From Oscillospiraceae bacterium (GTDB taxonomy: Bacteria > Bacillota > Clostridia > Monoglobales > WRAG01), in assembly GCA_009780345.1 (NCBI GenBank), contig WRAG01000004.1, positions 19,826-83,825 on the forward strand: DNA of 64,000 nucleotides, given 5' to 3'. Shown in pieces: positions 26,441 through 36,541 of the stretch. The notes under the pieces are model-generated. The model was given only the letters and a program-made list of their open reading frames with translations, made no database searches and was not told where the DNA came from. Positions within the stretch are counted from its first letter, which is position 1. Each line of letters starts with the position of its first letter. Position numbers and translations under genes: made by a program.

Positions 26441-26470
26441 AAAAAGCCGCTCTCTCGAGCGGCTTTTTCT
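26439..26470. terminator. Bidirectional intrinsic terminator (serves adhE)
   Basis: AAAAAAAGCCGCTC-tctc-GAGCGGCTTTTTC. Confidence 0.8.
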
Positions 26471-26481
26471 TATTTTCCTAC

Positions 26482-29079
26482 TTATTTCCCGTGATACGCT
26501 TTCAAATACATCTCACGCATCTCTTCCATCAACGGATACCTCGGATTCGCGCCCGTACATTGATCGTCAAACGCCTGCTCAACCATAGAATCAAGCTGCT
26601 TCATAAAATCTTTTTCCGAAATTCCGTAATCCTTAATCGATTTCTTGATTCCAACTTTCGCTTTCAAGTCGTCAATCTTCGCGATAAGTTTCGCAACCTT
26701 ATCTTCGTCCGTTCGTCCGCCGATTCCGATAAACGACGCAACTTCAGCATATCTCTCAATCGCTTTCGGATATTTATACTGCGAAAATGTTCCCATTTTC
26801 TTCGGATTCTCGGTCGCGTTAAATTTGATAACTTCATTAATCAGCAAAGCATTCGCAACACCGTGCGGCAACTCGAACGCAGCGCCAAGTTTGTGCGCCA
26901 TAGAGTGACAAATTCCCAAAAACGCGTTCGCGAACGCCATTCCGGCAATCGTTGACGCATTCGCCATTTTCTCGCGCGCTTCCTCATTTTTGCCATCCTT
27001 GTAGGCAACCGGCAGATATTTGAAAACACTCTTAATCGCCGTTAACGCAAGTCCGTCAGTGTAATCAGTCGCAAGCATTGACGCGTAAGCCTCCAACGCG
27101 TGCGTAAGCGCGTCAACACCCGACGCGGCAGTCAACCCTTGCGGCATATCCATCATAAAATCAGTATCCACAATCGCAATCGTCGGCAACAATTCATAAT
27201 CCGCAAGCGGATATTTTATACCGGTTTTCTCGTCGGTGATAACCGCAAACGGCGTAACCTCCGAGCCCGTTCCGGCAGTCGTCGGAATCGCGACAAACTT
27301 CGCTTTCGTTCCCATTTTCGGGAACGGCGAAATCCGCTTGCGAATATCCATAAACCGCATCGCCAAATCGAAGAAATCAGCCTCCGGATGCTCGTAAAGC
27401 GTCCACATAATTTTCGCCGCGTCCATCGGGCTTCCGCCGCCAAACGCGATTACGCAATCCGGCTCAAAGTCGCGCATAGCTTTCGCGCCCTCTTTCGCCG
27501 TTGCCAAAGTCGGGTCGGGAAGCACGTTAAAGAACGTCGTATGCTGAATCCCCATCTCGTCAAGCTTATCGGTCAGCGGTTTAACGTAATTGTTCTTATA
27601 CAAAAATTCGTCGGTAACGACAAATACTTTTTTCGTCTTGTAAACATCTTTCAACTCAGCAATCGCAATAGGAAGAGAGCCTTTTTTGAAGTAAACTTTC
27701 TCCGGCGTTCTGAACCACAACATATTCTCTCTCCTCTCAGCAACAGTTTTTATATTCAACAAGTGGCAAATTCCAACGTTTTCCGAAACCGAGTTTCCGC
27801 CCCACGTTCCGCAGCCAAGCGTCAACGACGGCGCAAGTTTAAAGTTATACAAATCGCCGATTCCGCCGTGCGACGACGGAGTGTTGATAACGATTCGGCA
27901 AGCTTTCATCATCTCTTCGAATCTTGTCAAGTCCTCTTTCTCGTTCATGTTGATATGAATTGCCGCCGTATGTCCGTAACCGCCGTCTTTTATAAGCTTG
28001 TCAGCTTTCGCAAGCGCGTCGTCGTAAGTTTCGTACTTATACATCGCCAAAATCGGAGACAATTTCTCATGCGCGAATTCTTCTTTCACATCAACGCTTT
28101 CAACCTCGCCGATCAAGATTTTTGTATCCTTGTCAACTTTTATCTTCGCCATTTCCGCGATTTGCGCCGCGGTTTGCCCAACTATGTTCGCGTTCAACTT
28201 ACCATCAATCATCATAGTTTTGCGAACTTTGTCAGTTTCAGCCGCAGTTAAAATATGACATCCGCGTAAAGCGAATTCCGCCTTCACCGCGTCATATATT
28301 TTCGCGTCAACAATCACCGACTGCTCAGACGCGCAAATCATACCATTGTCAAAAGTTTTCGAAACAATCACCGAGTTAACCGCGGTTTGAATATCCGCAG
28401 ATTTGTGAATCAACGCCGGAACATTCCCCGCGCTAACGCCGATTGCCGGCTTCCCTGACGAATAAGCGGCGCGAACCATCGCGTGCCCGCCGGTTGCAAG
28501 AATCAAATCAGCTTGCTTCATAACTTCGTTTGTAAGTTCCAATGACGGAATATCAATCCAACCGATAATCCCCTCCGGCGCGCCTGCGGCAACCGCCGCT
28601 TCAAGCACAACCCTCGCCGCCTCGGCGGTACATTTCTTCGCCCGCGGATGCGGCGCGAGAATGATACCGTTTCGCGTTTTTAGAGCCATCAAAGTTTTGA
28701 AAATCGCGGTTGAAGTCGGATTCGTGGTCGGAATAACCGCCGCGATAACTCCAACAGGCTCAGCATATCTGCGAACACCGAAAGCCGAATCTTCCTCGAT
28801 AACTCCGCAAGTTTTAGCGTCTTTATACTTGTTATAAATATACTCGGACGCATAATGATTTTTGATAACCTTATCTTCGGTAACGCCCATTCCCGTTTCC
28901 TCTCGCGCCATTTTGGCAAGCGGAATTCGATTGTGGTTCGCCGCCAACGCAGCGGATTTAAAGATTTCGTCAACTTTTTCTTGTGAAAATTTCGAAAACA
29001 CCTCTTGCGCCGAACGGATTTCCTCCATCTTCGCAAGCAATTGCTTCACATTTTCAACTTTTTTAACTGTCTTCTTCAT
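26482..29079 (-). CDS. adhE: Bifunctional acetaldehyde-CoA/alcohol dehydrogenase
   Basis: 865 aa with an N-terminal aldehyde dehydrogenase half and a C-terminal iron-type ADH half (..GGGSPMDAAK.., ..HSMAHKLG..). Confidence 0.95.
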   Translation of the reverse strand: MKKTVKKVENVKQLLAKMEEIRSAQEVFSKFSQEKVDEIFKSAALAANHNRIPLAKMAREETGMGVTEDKVIKNHYASEYIYNKYKDAKTCGVIEEDSAFGVRRYAEPVGVIAAVIPTTNPTSTAIFKTLMALKTRNGIILAPHPRAKKCTAEAARVVLEAAVAAGAPEGIIGWIDIPSLELTNEVMKQADLILATGGHAMVRAAYSSGKPAIGVSAGNVPALIHKSADIQTAVNSVIVSKTFDNGMICASEQSVIVDAKIYDAVKAEFALRGCHILTAAETDKVRKTMMIDGKLNANIVGQTAAQIAEMAKIKVDKDTKILIGEVESVDVKEEFAHEKLSPILAMYKYETYDDALAKADKLIKDGGYGHTAAIHINMNEKEDLTRFEEMMKACRIVINTPSSHGGIGDLYNFKLAPSLTLGCGTWGGNSVSENVGICHLLNIKTVAERRENMLWFRTPEKVYFKKGSLPIAIAELKDVYKTKKVFVVTDEFLYKNNYVKPLTDKLDEMGIQHTTFFNVLPDPTLATAKEGAKAMRDFEPDCVIAFGGGSPMDAAKIMWTLYEHPEADFFDLAMRFMDIRKRISPFPKMGTKAKFVAIPTTAGTGSEVTPFAVITDEKTGIKYPLADYELLPTIAIVDTDFMMDMPQGLTAASGVDALTHALEAYASMLATDYTDGLALTAIKSVFKYLPVAYKDGKNEEAREKMANASTIAGMAFANAFLGICHSMAHKLGAAFELPHGVANALLINEVIKFNATENPKKMGTFSQYKYPKAIERYAEVASFIGIGGRTDEDKVAKLIAKIDDLKAKVGIKKSIKDYGISEKDFMKQLDSMVEQAFDDQCTGANPRYPLMEEMREMYLKAYHGK

Positions 29080-29302
29080 ACATTCCTCCTAAATCTATCG
29101 CAAATTTAGCGCATTTAATCATATTGGTTACATTTTACCACTTTTTTCGATTTTTTGCAAACAATTTTATCAAAAATGTTTACCAAAAATTTACCGTTTT
29201 AATAATTTACACTTTGTTAAACATTTTATACTTGTAATTATCTCACTAATTTAGTATAATATTATTATATGCTCGTTTGCAAGTTAAGGGAGGTTTTAAA
29301 CT

Positions 29303-30004
29303 ATGCTGCCATTCTTTTTTTACGGACCTGTTGAAATTATGATTTGGGTTGTCGCTCTTGTAATCGCACTTGCCGCACAAGCCGGAGTTTCCGGCGCATA
29401 TAAGAAATATAAACAAGTTTCGTCGTCCCGTGGTTTAACCGGCGCCGAAGTTGCGCGCAAAATGGTGCAAGGTCTCGGCGTCGAAGTGGTTATGAACAAC
29501 GGCGGCGAACTTTCCGACCATTTCGACCCGCGCAAGAAAACGATCAGACTTTCACCCGACGTTTATAACGGAACAAACGTTGCCGCGATCGGAATCGCCG
29601 CGCACGAAGCGGGGCACGCGCTGCAATACGACCAAGGCTATGCGCCGATAAAGCTTCGCAACGGAATACTGCCAATCGCGCAAATCGGCTCAATGGCGGC
29701 GATTCCGCTTGTTTTCCTCGGATTATTTCTCGGCGGCGATTATGGCAATGTTACGTGGCTGATTGATTTGGGAATCGCCCTTTTCATCGGTGTTTTGGCG
29801 TTTCAGCTTATCACATTGCCGGTGGAATTCAATGCTTCCCGCCGCGCAATCGCCGCGCTTGATCATAACGTATATCTAACGCCCGAAGAATCGGCGGGCG
29901 CGAAAAAAGTTCTTCGCACGGCGGCAATGACGTATGTCGCGGCGGTTGCCGTGTCGGCGTTGCAGCTTTTGCGGCTGATATTGATTTCCCGACGAAGAAG
30001 GTAA
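29303..30004 (+). CDS. Membrane zinc metallopeptidase (YugP-like)
   Basis: HEAGHALQ motif with flanking TM helices, about 230 aa. Confidence 0.8.
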   Translation: MLPFFFYGPVEIMIWVVALVIALAAQAGVSGAYKKYKQVSSSRGLTGAEVARKMVQGLGVEVVMNNGGELSDHFDPRKKTIRLSPDVYNGTNVAAIGIAAHEAGHALQYDQGYAPIKLRNGILPIAQIGSMAAIPLVFLGLFLGGDYGNVTWLIDLGIALFIGVLAFQLITLPVEFNASRRAIAALDHNVYLTPEESAGAKKVLRTAAMTYVAAVAVSALQLLRLILISRRRR

Positions 30005-30022
30005 CGGGCAAAAAAGGCTTAC

Positions 30023-30053
30023 AAAAAAGCCCGAACATAAGTTCGGGCTTTTT
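30023..30053 (+). terminator. Intrinsic terminator
   Basis: AAAAAAGCCCGAAC-ataa-GTTCGGGCTTTTT. Confidence 0.85.
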
Positions 30054-30058
30054 ATAGG

Positions 30059-30135
30059 TGGTAGCGGCGACCGGGATCGAACCAGTGACAACTCGGGTAT
30101 GAACCGAGTGCTCTAGCCAACTGAGCTACGCCGCC
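30059..30135 (-). tRNA. tRNA-Met (CAT), elongator type
   Basis: Reverse complement is GGCGGCGTAGCTCAGTTGGCTAGAGCACTCGGTTCATACCCGAGTTGTCACTGGTTCGATCCCGGTCGCCGCTACCA. Lacks the initiator features (1:72 mismatch, GGG/CCC anticodon stem). Confidence 0.85.
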
Positions 30136-30229
30136 TTACAAAAGAACAAATGCAATTTTACCATAGTTTTCGCAACTTGTCAATCAATTTCATGAAAATA
30201 TTTTAAGTTTTTTTAACGGCGGTGAAATA

Positions 30230-30592
30230 ATGAAATTTACAAGTCTAGATTTAGATTTTTCTATATGCAAAATTAAAGACACTTCCGACGTCGACTTTTC
30301 TCTACCTTTCGTTTTCCTATCCAAAACGGACGATGAAATTTCGTTAGTATGCGAATCGGCGCACGTTCCCACAAACGCAATCGCGATTGAGCCTAACTGG
30401 AAAGGGTTTCGCATAGACGGAAGTTTAGATTTCACCTTAGTCGGAGTAATCGCTAACATAACCAAAGTGTTGGCAGACGCCGAAATCAGCGTGTTTGTCG
30501 TTTCGACTTACAACACCGACTATATATTCCTAAAATCCAACGATTTCGACAGAGGTTTGGATTTAGTAACGAAAACCACAAAAAATGGTTGA
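30230..30592 (+). CDS. ACT-domain protein
   Basis: 120 aa. GFRIDGSLDFTLVGVIANITKVLADAEISVFVVSTYNTDYIF is a typical ACT_7-like C-terminal half. Confidence 0.7.
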   Translation: MKFTSLDLDFSICKIKDTSDVDFSLPFVFLSKTDDEISLVCESAHVPTNAIAIEPNWKGFRIDGSLDFTLVGVIANITKVLADAEISVFVVSTYNTDYIFLKSNDFDRGLDLVTKTTKNG

Positions 30593-30619
30593 TTGCGACG
30601 CAATCAACCATTTTTTTGC

Positions 30620-30829
30620 CTAATCAAAGAAAAATAAATCCTCAAACCTTTTATCCAAAGCGATACATAGGATAAGCGCCAACTTCGCCGTCGGGCAAAA
30701 TTGCCCCGTTTCGATAGAACTGATCGTGTTTCGCGACACGCCGACCATGTCCGCCAAAGCCGCTTGCGAGAGGTCTTTTTCCGCCCTCGCAACTTTCAGC
30801 TTGTTTTTTAATACGATTTCGTCTTTCAT
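30620..30829 (-). CDS. XRE-family HTH transcriptional regulator
   Basis: LKVARAEKDLSQAALADMVGVSRNTISSIETGQFCPT. Confidence 0.85.
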   Translation of the reverse strand: MKDEIVLKNKLKVARAEKDLSQAALADMVGVSRNTISSIETGQFCPTAKLALILCIALDKRFEDLFFFD

Positions 30830-30830
30830 A

Positions 30831-31193
30831 TCAGCTCCACCACCCTTGAATAGTTCCTATATCTCTCACAAATAGAACGACGAAGACAGCTCCCGAAACG
30901 CCGAAAAATATAGCGGCAATCAAGTACCTCTTCTGATTCAAAACGCGATATTTAGCAAGAAATTCCCCAAACCAAGAAGCGAGAATTACCGCCGACAAAG
31001 CGTATACAGCAAGCATTTGCCCGGAAATTAAAGACAGGAGAAGTAAAGCGAAGCCCACTACTTCGACACCGAAATAGTTACCTTTCTTTGTCCCTTGGGT
31101 TATTGCGTATTCAACGCCCTCGTCCTGCCGCGCCTGCCTGCTTTTTTCCAAGATTTCCTCTTTGCGGTTGCCATTTTCGATTGAATTATTCAT
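30831..31193 (-). CDS. Small membrane protein (paralog pair upstream of the XRE gene)
   Basis: EEILEKSRQARQDEGVEYA then 3 TM helices. Paralog of 31194..31520. Confidence 0.55.
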   Translation of the reverse strand: MNNSIENGNRKEEILEKSRQARQDEGVEYAITQGTKKGNYFGVEVVGFALLLLSLISGQMLAVYALSAVILASWFGEFLAKYRVLNQKRYLIAAIFFGVSGAVFVVLFVRDIGTIQGWWS

Positions 31194-31520
31194 TTATGTC
31201 CTCCCTCCCCACGTAAGAGAAACAACTTCATATACCGCGTATACAGCAAACGCTGCCATGCCAACCGCCAACAATATAAACCATTTGCTTTTTGTGAAAC
31301 GATATTGTTCGATAGACACGCCTACCCCAAACATCATCATTACCGCGCCTTGACTAAACATCAAAGCCATATCGCCGATATAGACCGCGTAAGTTGCGAT
31401 TAGGTTGGTCATTATAAGGAACAGTATGTACCCAAGCTTCGTACCTTTGGTTTGCGCGTGCTCTGCGCCTTCGTCTTTCTTTGCTTTCCTGCTTTTTTCC
31501 AAAATTTCATTTTTTTTCAT
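31194..31520 (-). CDS. Small membrane protein (paralog)
   Basis: Start MKKNEILEKSRKAKKDEGAEHA at 31520, 8 nt after GGAGG. 3 TM helices. Confidence 0.55.
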   Translation of the reverse strand: MKKNEILEKSRKAKKDEGAEHAQTKGTKLGYILFLIMTNLIATYAVYIGDMALMFSQGAVMMMFGVGVSIEQYRFTKSKWFILLAVGMAAFAVYAVYEVVSLTWGGRT

Positions 31521-31662
31521 AATAAATACCTCCAAGTATTGTTGTTTATTTGACAAGTTTTATTGTCAAACAAATTATAACACACGCCAAGTGAACTTGT
31601 CAAGTATTTTATTGAAAAAATTTATAAAAAAATGCTTGTGGTTATAACCACAAGCATTTTCA

Positions 31663-34600
31663 CTAAATATTTTTGACCTTCAACGTCACAATTTCAAATC
31701 CGTGCGTATCAATGGTTACGCTGTTATCCTTAACTTTCAACTGCTTCACTTCATTCTCCATCATATCGCACAAAGCCGCTTCCTTCACGTCAAAACCAAA
31801 TTTTATCGTCGCTTTCGTCTTCCTATTTCTTGTTTCGTATAGGCGAATAACAACATCATCACTATCCTCCGCTTTTTTCACCGTTTCGGCGATAATATTA
31901 TCGCAATCCACCGACAAAAACGAATACTCGCTCGGCAGTGTTCCGTTCTGCTTATTAACCGGAATCGCCGTCATCGCTTGATTCAAATCATACGAAAGTT
32001 TGATCGTGTCCGCTTGCGCAAAATCGCCGTCGTGCGGATAAAGCGAGTATGTAAAGCTATGCGACCCTTGATCCGCTTCCGGATCGGGCCATGTCGGCGC
32101 ACGGAGCAATGATAGGCGCATAACATTCCCCTTGATATCATATCCGTATTTGCAATCGTTCATCAAACTCACGCCATACCCGCCGTCCGAGAGATCGGCG
32201 AACTTGTGCGCGCACACTTCAAACTGCGCAACATCCCAGCTTGTATTGTTGTGCGTCGTACGCTCGACAGTCCCAAACTGGATATCATACGTCGCCTTGT
32301 CCGAGTTAATATCAACCGGAAACGCCGCTTTCAACAACATATGCCGCTCCCGCCAGTCAACATCCGTGTCGAAGTCGATTTTCGGAATATCGTTATACAG
32401 ATATATCTTCTGCTCGATAATTGATTTATTAAACTTGCGTTTAATCGCGAATCCCGCGCGCGCGCCCTCGTCGATAGGTGAAACATCAACCACATCGTTC
32501 GCTTCCCACATTTTTTCGGGGAAATAATCGCTGATATCCCACGCGTCCCACTGGTTCCGCGGATAATCCTCGAAGCATTGCAACACATTCGCCCTCTGAC
32601 CGCTCGCCACAACCTCGCGCTTATTCTTCTTGTCGTAAATGCTTGCAATATTGAAGTTTTTGTCAAACTTCACCTTGAAAAATTTGTTCTCCAACGTATG
32701 ATCGCCGATTTTCACGCTTGATTCCAAAACATCGCCGGAAACAACCTTATATCCCTTCGCCGGCACGTTTTCAACGTAAACTTTCTTGCCGTTAACGTCC
32801 ACAACACTGCTGTTCACAAACGAGTGCGGATTAAACACCGCAACGCCTTCGTCTGTTTTGATATTCTTCGCAATATTTTTATACTTTTCGCCGCAAATCT
32901 TATCCGCCGTTTGTTGAATCGCGGCGTATTCGACATCACTAACGTCGTAAACTTCCTTAATCGACGAGCCGGGAATTATATCATGAAACTGGTTAAGCAA
33001 AATTATCTCCCAACCATCGTTGATTTGCTCCTGTGGATATTTTGTATTATTCAAAACCATATCCATCGCACATAACCACTCGATTCCCTGATACAAAAAC
33101 TCACACTTACGGTTGTTTCGCTTGTTTTTCGCAAGGGTCGTATACGTTCCCCGGTGTAACTCAAGATAAAGCTCGCCAACCCACTTCGGAAGCCGCGGAT
33201 TGTTTTTAAGTTTCTTATACAATCGGTTCAAAAAGTTCGTCGCGCTGTCAATCTTCGCCGCGGGATAGCCGGCAATGCCATTCTCCTGTCGGCGTATAGA
33301 TTCAACCATTTCAACTGTCGGCCCGCCGCCGCCGTCGCCGTAACCGTAGGTATTAATTACCTCATTCGTCAAATCCTTATTTTGAAATCTATCCCACGTT
33401 CCCGCCGTATAACCCGGCGTCGAATCGCCAACATACGTTGAAAAAGTGAAAGGTTTTTCGTCCAAAAATTTATCCTGCCCCGTTATAAAGTATGTGAAAA
33501 TCTCGGTTCCGTCAATCCCGCGCCACATAAACACGTCATTCGGCATTTGATTCATCTCGTTCCACGATATCTTAGACGTCACGAACTTGTCAACGCCGGA
33601 TTTCTGCAATATCTGCGGCAAAGCCGCGGCATATCCAAAAACGTCAGGCAGCCACAGAACTTTGCAATCCACGCCGAACTCTTGTTGAAAAAATCGCTTG
33701 CCGAATAAAATCTGACGCACCAAACTTTCGCCGCTCGACAGGTTGCAGTCCGCCTCAACCCACATCGCGCCCTCAACTTCCCAACGCCCCGCGCGAATCA
33801 TCTCTTTTATCTGCTCGTAAAGCTCGGGCGCATCCTCCTTGACCATTTTATACAAAAGCGCCTGCGACGACATAAACTTAAATTCGGGAAACCGCTTCAT
33901 CAAGCTGATTATCGTCGAAAACGAACGCAAAACTTTCTCTCTTGTCTGACGCACCGTCCACTGCCACGCAATATCTATATGAGTATGTCCGATACATATC
34001 GTCGCAACGTCCGAACCACCGCAATGCTTCGGATAAAACTCTTTTTCGAGATATTTTATGGTGTCGCGAACCGATTTTTTATACTCCTCCGACCCCGGAT
34101 TCCTAAAATCAAGAAAATTAATCGCATCATTAAGACACGCAACCATTCGCATATGCTGCTTCTCATGCGGATCCATAAATTTCATCGCCTCAGACGGCAC
34201 CTTCAAGTGATAATACAGTTTCTCGGTCTCAGTATCAACATGTATAAGTTTCGCCTTAAAATCCAGCTTATCCGAGTGCATACCAACATACGCGTACAGA
34301 TGAACTTTGCAATCTCCGTCCACCACCAAAGTTGTATGGTTCGTATCTAACCCCTGCGTAATTTTGCCGTCAATATACGCGATAAATTGAGGGTTTGTTC
34401 CGTCCCACTCCCCCTCTTTCCCTGTAATGATAGACAACTCAACCCTGCCGCCCTTCCAGCTTTTCGGCACGCTAACTTCGCCGTAAAACCACGCGTGCGT
34501 GTCCGGCGTTCCGCCCCACCTATCTGTCTCCGAAATAAACGCCCGCCAAGTTTTATCAACAGTCGGAACCTTGTTATCGGTTTTGTATCCGCACTCTTGG

Positions 34601-34761
34601 AATTTAAACGCAACCTCAAGCGAGTCGGTCACTATATTTTCCTTTAACACGGTAATAATTTTCCCCACTCGCTCGTCAAGGAAATTGCGTCTTACATCAA
34701 AAAAATTATTTTTCGTCGTTAACTTTCTAAATTCATTCGCCATAAAGTCAAGCTCCTCCAT
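31663..34761 (-). CDS. Alpha-mannosidase (GH38)
   Basis: CIGHTHIDIAWQWTVRQTREK, WLPDVFGY and HRGTYTT are GH38 blocks. The true start is probably MANEF at 34743 (GGAGGAG upstream). Confidence 0.85.
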   Translation of the reverse strand: MEELDFMANEFRKLTTKNNFFDVRRNFLDERVGKIITVLKENIVTDSLEVAFKFQECGYKTDNKVPTVDKTWRAFISETDRWGGTPDTHAWFYGEVSVPKSWKGGRVELSIITGKEGEWDGTNPQFIAYIDGKITQGLDTNHTTLVVDGDCKVHLYAYVGMHSDKLDFKAKLIHVDTETEKLYYHLKVPSEAMKFMDPHEKQHMRMVACLNDAINFLDFRNPGSEEYKKSVRDTIKYLEKEFYPKHCGGSDVATICIGHTHIDIAWQWTVRQTREKVLRSFSTIISLMKRFPEFKFMSSQALLYKMVKEDAPELYEQIKEMIRAGRWEVEGAMWVEADCNLSSGESLVRQILFGKRFFQQEFGVDCKVLWLPDVFGYAAALPQILQKSGVDKFVTSKISWNEMNQMPNDVFMWRGIDGTEIFTYFITGQDKFLDEKPFTFSTYVGDSTPGYTAGTWDRFQNKDLTNEVINTYGYGDGGGGPTVEMVESIRRQENGIAGYPAAKIDSATNFLNRLYKKLKNNPRLPKWVGELYLELHRGTYTTLAKNKRNNRKCEFLYQGIEWLCAMDMVLNNTKYPQEQINDGWEIILLNQFHDIIPGSSIKEVYDVSDVEYAAIQQTADKICGEKYKNIAKNIKTDEGVAVFNPHSFVNSSVVDVNGKKVYVENVPAKGYKVVSGDVLESSVKIGDHTLENKFFKVKFDKNFNIASIYDKKNKREVVASGQRANVLQCFEDYPRNQWDAWDISDYFPEKMWEANDVVDVSPIDEGARAGFAIKRKFNKSIIEQKIYLYNDIPKIDFDTDVDWRERHMLLKAAFPVDINSDKATYDIQFGTVERTTHNNTSWDVAQFEVCAHKFADLSDGGYGVSLMNDCKYGYDIKGNVMRLSLLRAPTWPDPEADQGSHSFTYSLYPHDGDFAQADTIKLSYDLNQAMTAIPVNKQNGTLPSEYSFLSVDCDNIIAETVKKAEDSDDVVIRLYETRNRKTKATIKFGFDVKEAALCDMMENEVKQLKVKDNSVTIDTHGFEIVTLKVKNI

Positions 34762-34800
34762 TTTGTCGGTTTAAATACCGTATAATACCGCTCCGCCTGC

Positions 34801-35955
34801 CTACCAAATCAAGAAATCCGAGCCTTTCAACTTCAGAATCGCCTCAACAAAGTAAAAATCGCCGTAAATCAAATTAAGGTGGTGATTTTGCCCGCTATAC
34901 GCGCTCGTTCCCATTTGAAGAATACTATCATAATCCTCGTCCCAGTTGCAGAATTTCTCCTCCAACGCTTTCAGTATATTAACCGCCGCGTCCATGTAAA
35001 TACTTCGCTCAAATTCAGGAACCGCTTTCGCAATTTCAATCAATCCGCAAGCGGCAATCGCGCCGGCGGTAGAATCGTATATAATCGGCTCTTTCGGCGA
35101 ACGAAAATCGCATTTCGGCAAATAATCGTCGCAAACGCAGCTTATAAAATAGTGCGCCACTCGCTTCGCCGCATTCAAATACGCCTCTTTCCCGGTATGA
35201 ATGTAGCTCAACACAAATCCATACAAAGCCCACGATTGCCCGCGGCTCCACGACGAGCCGGTCGCGTAACCCTGACCGTACAACTCGTCAATCATACCGC
35301 CGTTTACTTCGTCATGCACCACGATATGCCGAACCGAGCCATCCGGTCTGATATGCGTATCCATTGTCGTATCCGCGTGCGCCTCGGCGATGTAGGTAAA
35401 CCGCGGGTCACCAATCTCTTTCGACGCCCAATATAATAAAGGAAGGTTCATCATACAGTCGATAATCGACCAACCGATATTGCTGTCATATTTCCCTTCG
35501 CCGTGAACGCCGCCTCCGCCGTTCCATGCCCGTATATAATTCCCGCGCAAGTTAAACCGCGAAAACAATATGCTCGCCGCCGTAAGATTTCTAACTTTCG
35601 ACATCTCATCGCCGGTCAACCGATAGTTCGCGCCGCTCGCGATATGCCACATAAACCCAACGTCATGGATTAGATTCTCATATTGCGCAAACGCCTCGTC
35701 CAAAGACGCCTCGGCGATTTCGGCAACTTCCTTATATATAGGATTCTTCGTCCCCTCATACATCAACCACATCAAACCGGGCCAAAACCCGTTTGTCCAC
35801 ATTGTGATTTTTTCCTCGCTGCTCCAATCGTCATGAACGCCGTCAAATGTGCTGTTTGGAATCTTATTTTTCGACCGCGGCGCAACCGCCGCCATCTTTT
35901 TCTCAATCTTTTGCCATATCGAATTCGCCCATTCTGTATAATTTTGCATACTCAT
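34801..35955 (-). CDS. GH88-type unsaturated glucuronyl hydrolase
   Basis: WTNGFWPGLMWLMYEGT and SWSRGQSWALYGF resemble UGL/GH88 signature blocks. Confidence 0.75.
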   Translation of the reverse strand: MSMQNYTEWANSIWQKIEKKMAAVAPRSKNKIPNSTFDGVHDDWSSEEKITMWTNGFWPGLMWLMYEGTKNPIYKEVAEIAEASLDEAFAQYENLIHDVGFMWHIASGANYRLTGDEMSKVRNLTAASILFSRFNLRGNYIRAWNGGGGVHGEGKYDSNIGWSIIDCMMNLPLLYWASKEIGDPRFTYIAEAHADTTMDTHIRPDGSVRHIVVHDEVNGGMIDELYGQGYATGSSWSRGQSWALYGFVLSYIHTGKEAYLNAAKRVAHYFISCVCDDYLPKCDFRSPKEPIIYDSTAGAIAACGLIEIAKAVPEFERSIYMDAAVNILKALEEKFCNWDEDYDSILQMGTSAYSGQNHHLNLIYGDFYFVEAILKLKGSDFLIW

Positions 35956-36018
35956 CCACCTTACGTATTATTTTACAAGCATTGTATCATAAATATTTCG
36001 CCGTTGTCAAATATAATT

Positions 36019-36522
36019 CTACATTATATATGTAACTTTCGCTTCCTCGAAAAATCCCCTCGCCTCCGGCTCCTCGTCGGGATAGCCAATCGCGATAATG
36101 CAAAACGGAATTTTCTCCTCCGCGATACTGAGCAACTCGCAAAAATGCGCCTTTCTATCCTCAATCGGATAAATTCCGCACCAGCACGTTCCAAGCCCCA
36201 TCGCGGCGGCTTCCAACAAAATATTCTGCGTCGCCGCGCCGCAATCCTGCGGAAAAAATTCCGCCGAAAACTCATCCTTCGGCGTCGCAACCACAACGAT
36301 TGCCGCCGTCGCGGTCTCGCACATCTTCGCATACGGATGAATTCGCGCGATTTCGTCAAGAACGGAACGCTTAGTGACGGCGACAAACTCCCACGGACGC
36401 GCGTTGCACGCCGACGGCGCAAGCATCGCCGCTTCCAGCATCTGATTAAGCTGTTCTTTCGTCACAAGCTTATCAACTTTGAATTTCCGAATACTTCGGC
36501 GGTTTTTGATGGCTTCCTGCAT
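36019..36522 (-). CDS. Nitroreductase-family protein
   Basis: IKNRRSIRKF..MLEAAMLAPSACNARPWEFV. Confidence 0.85.
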   Translation of the reverse strand: MQEAIKNRRSIRKFKVDKLVTKEQLNQMLEAAMLAPSACNARPWEFVAVTKRSVLDEIARIHPYAKMCETATAAIVVVATPKDEFSAEFFPQDCGAATQNILLEAAAMGLGTCWCGIYPIEDRKAHFCELLSIAEEKIPFCIIAIGYPDEEPEARGFFEEAKVTYIM

Positions 36523-36541
36523 TGCGATTCCTCCTTTTTTT

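Noticed and set aside
27100-28251. 383-aa plus-strand ORF (and several shorter ones) inside adhE
   Set aside because: It is antisense to a strongly conserved gene. The translation is Arg/Asn/Phe-rich low complexity with no start context, which is a typical shadow ORF.
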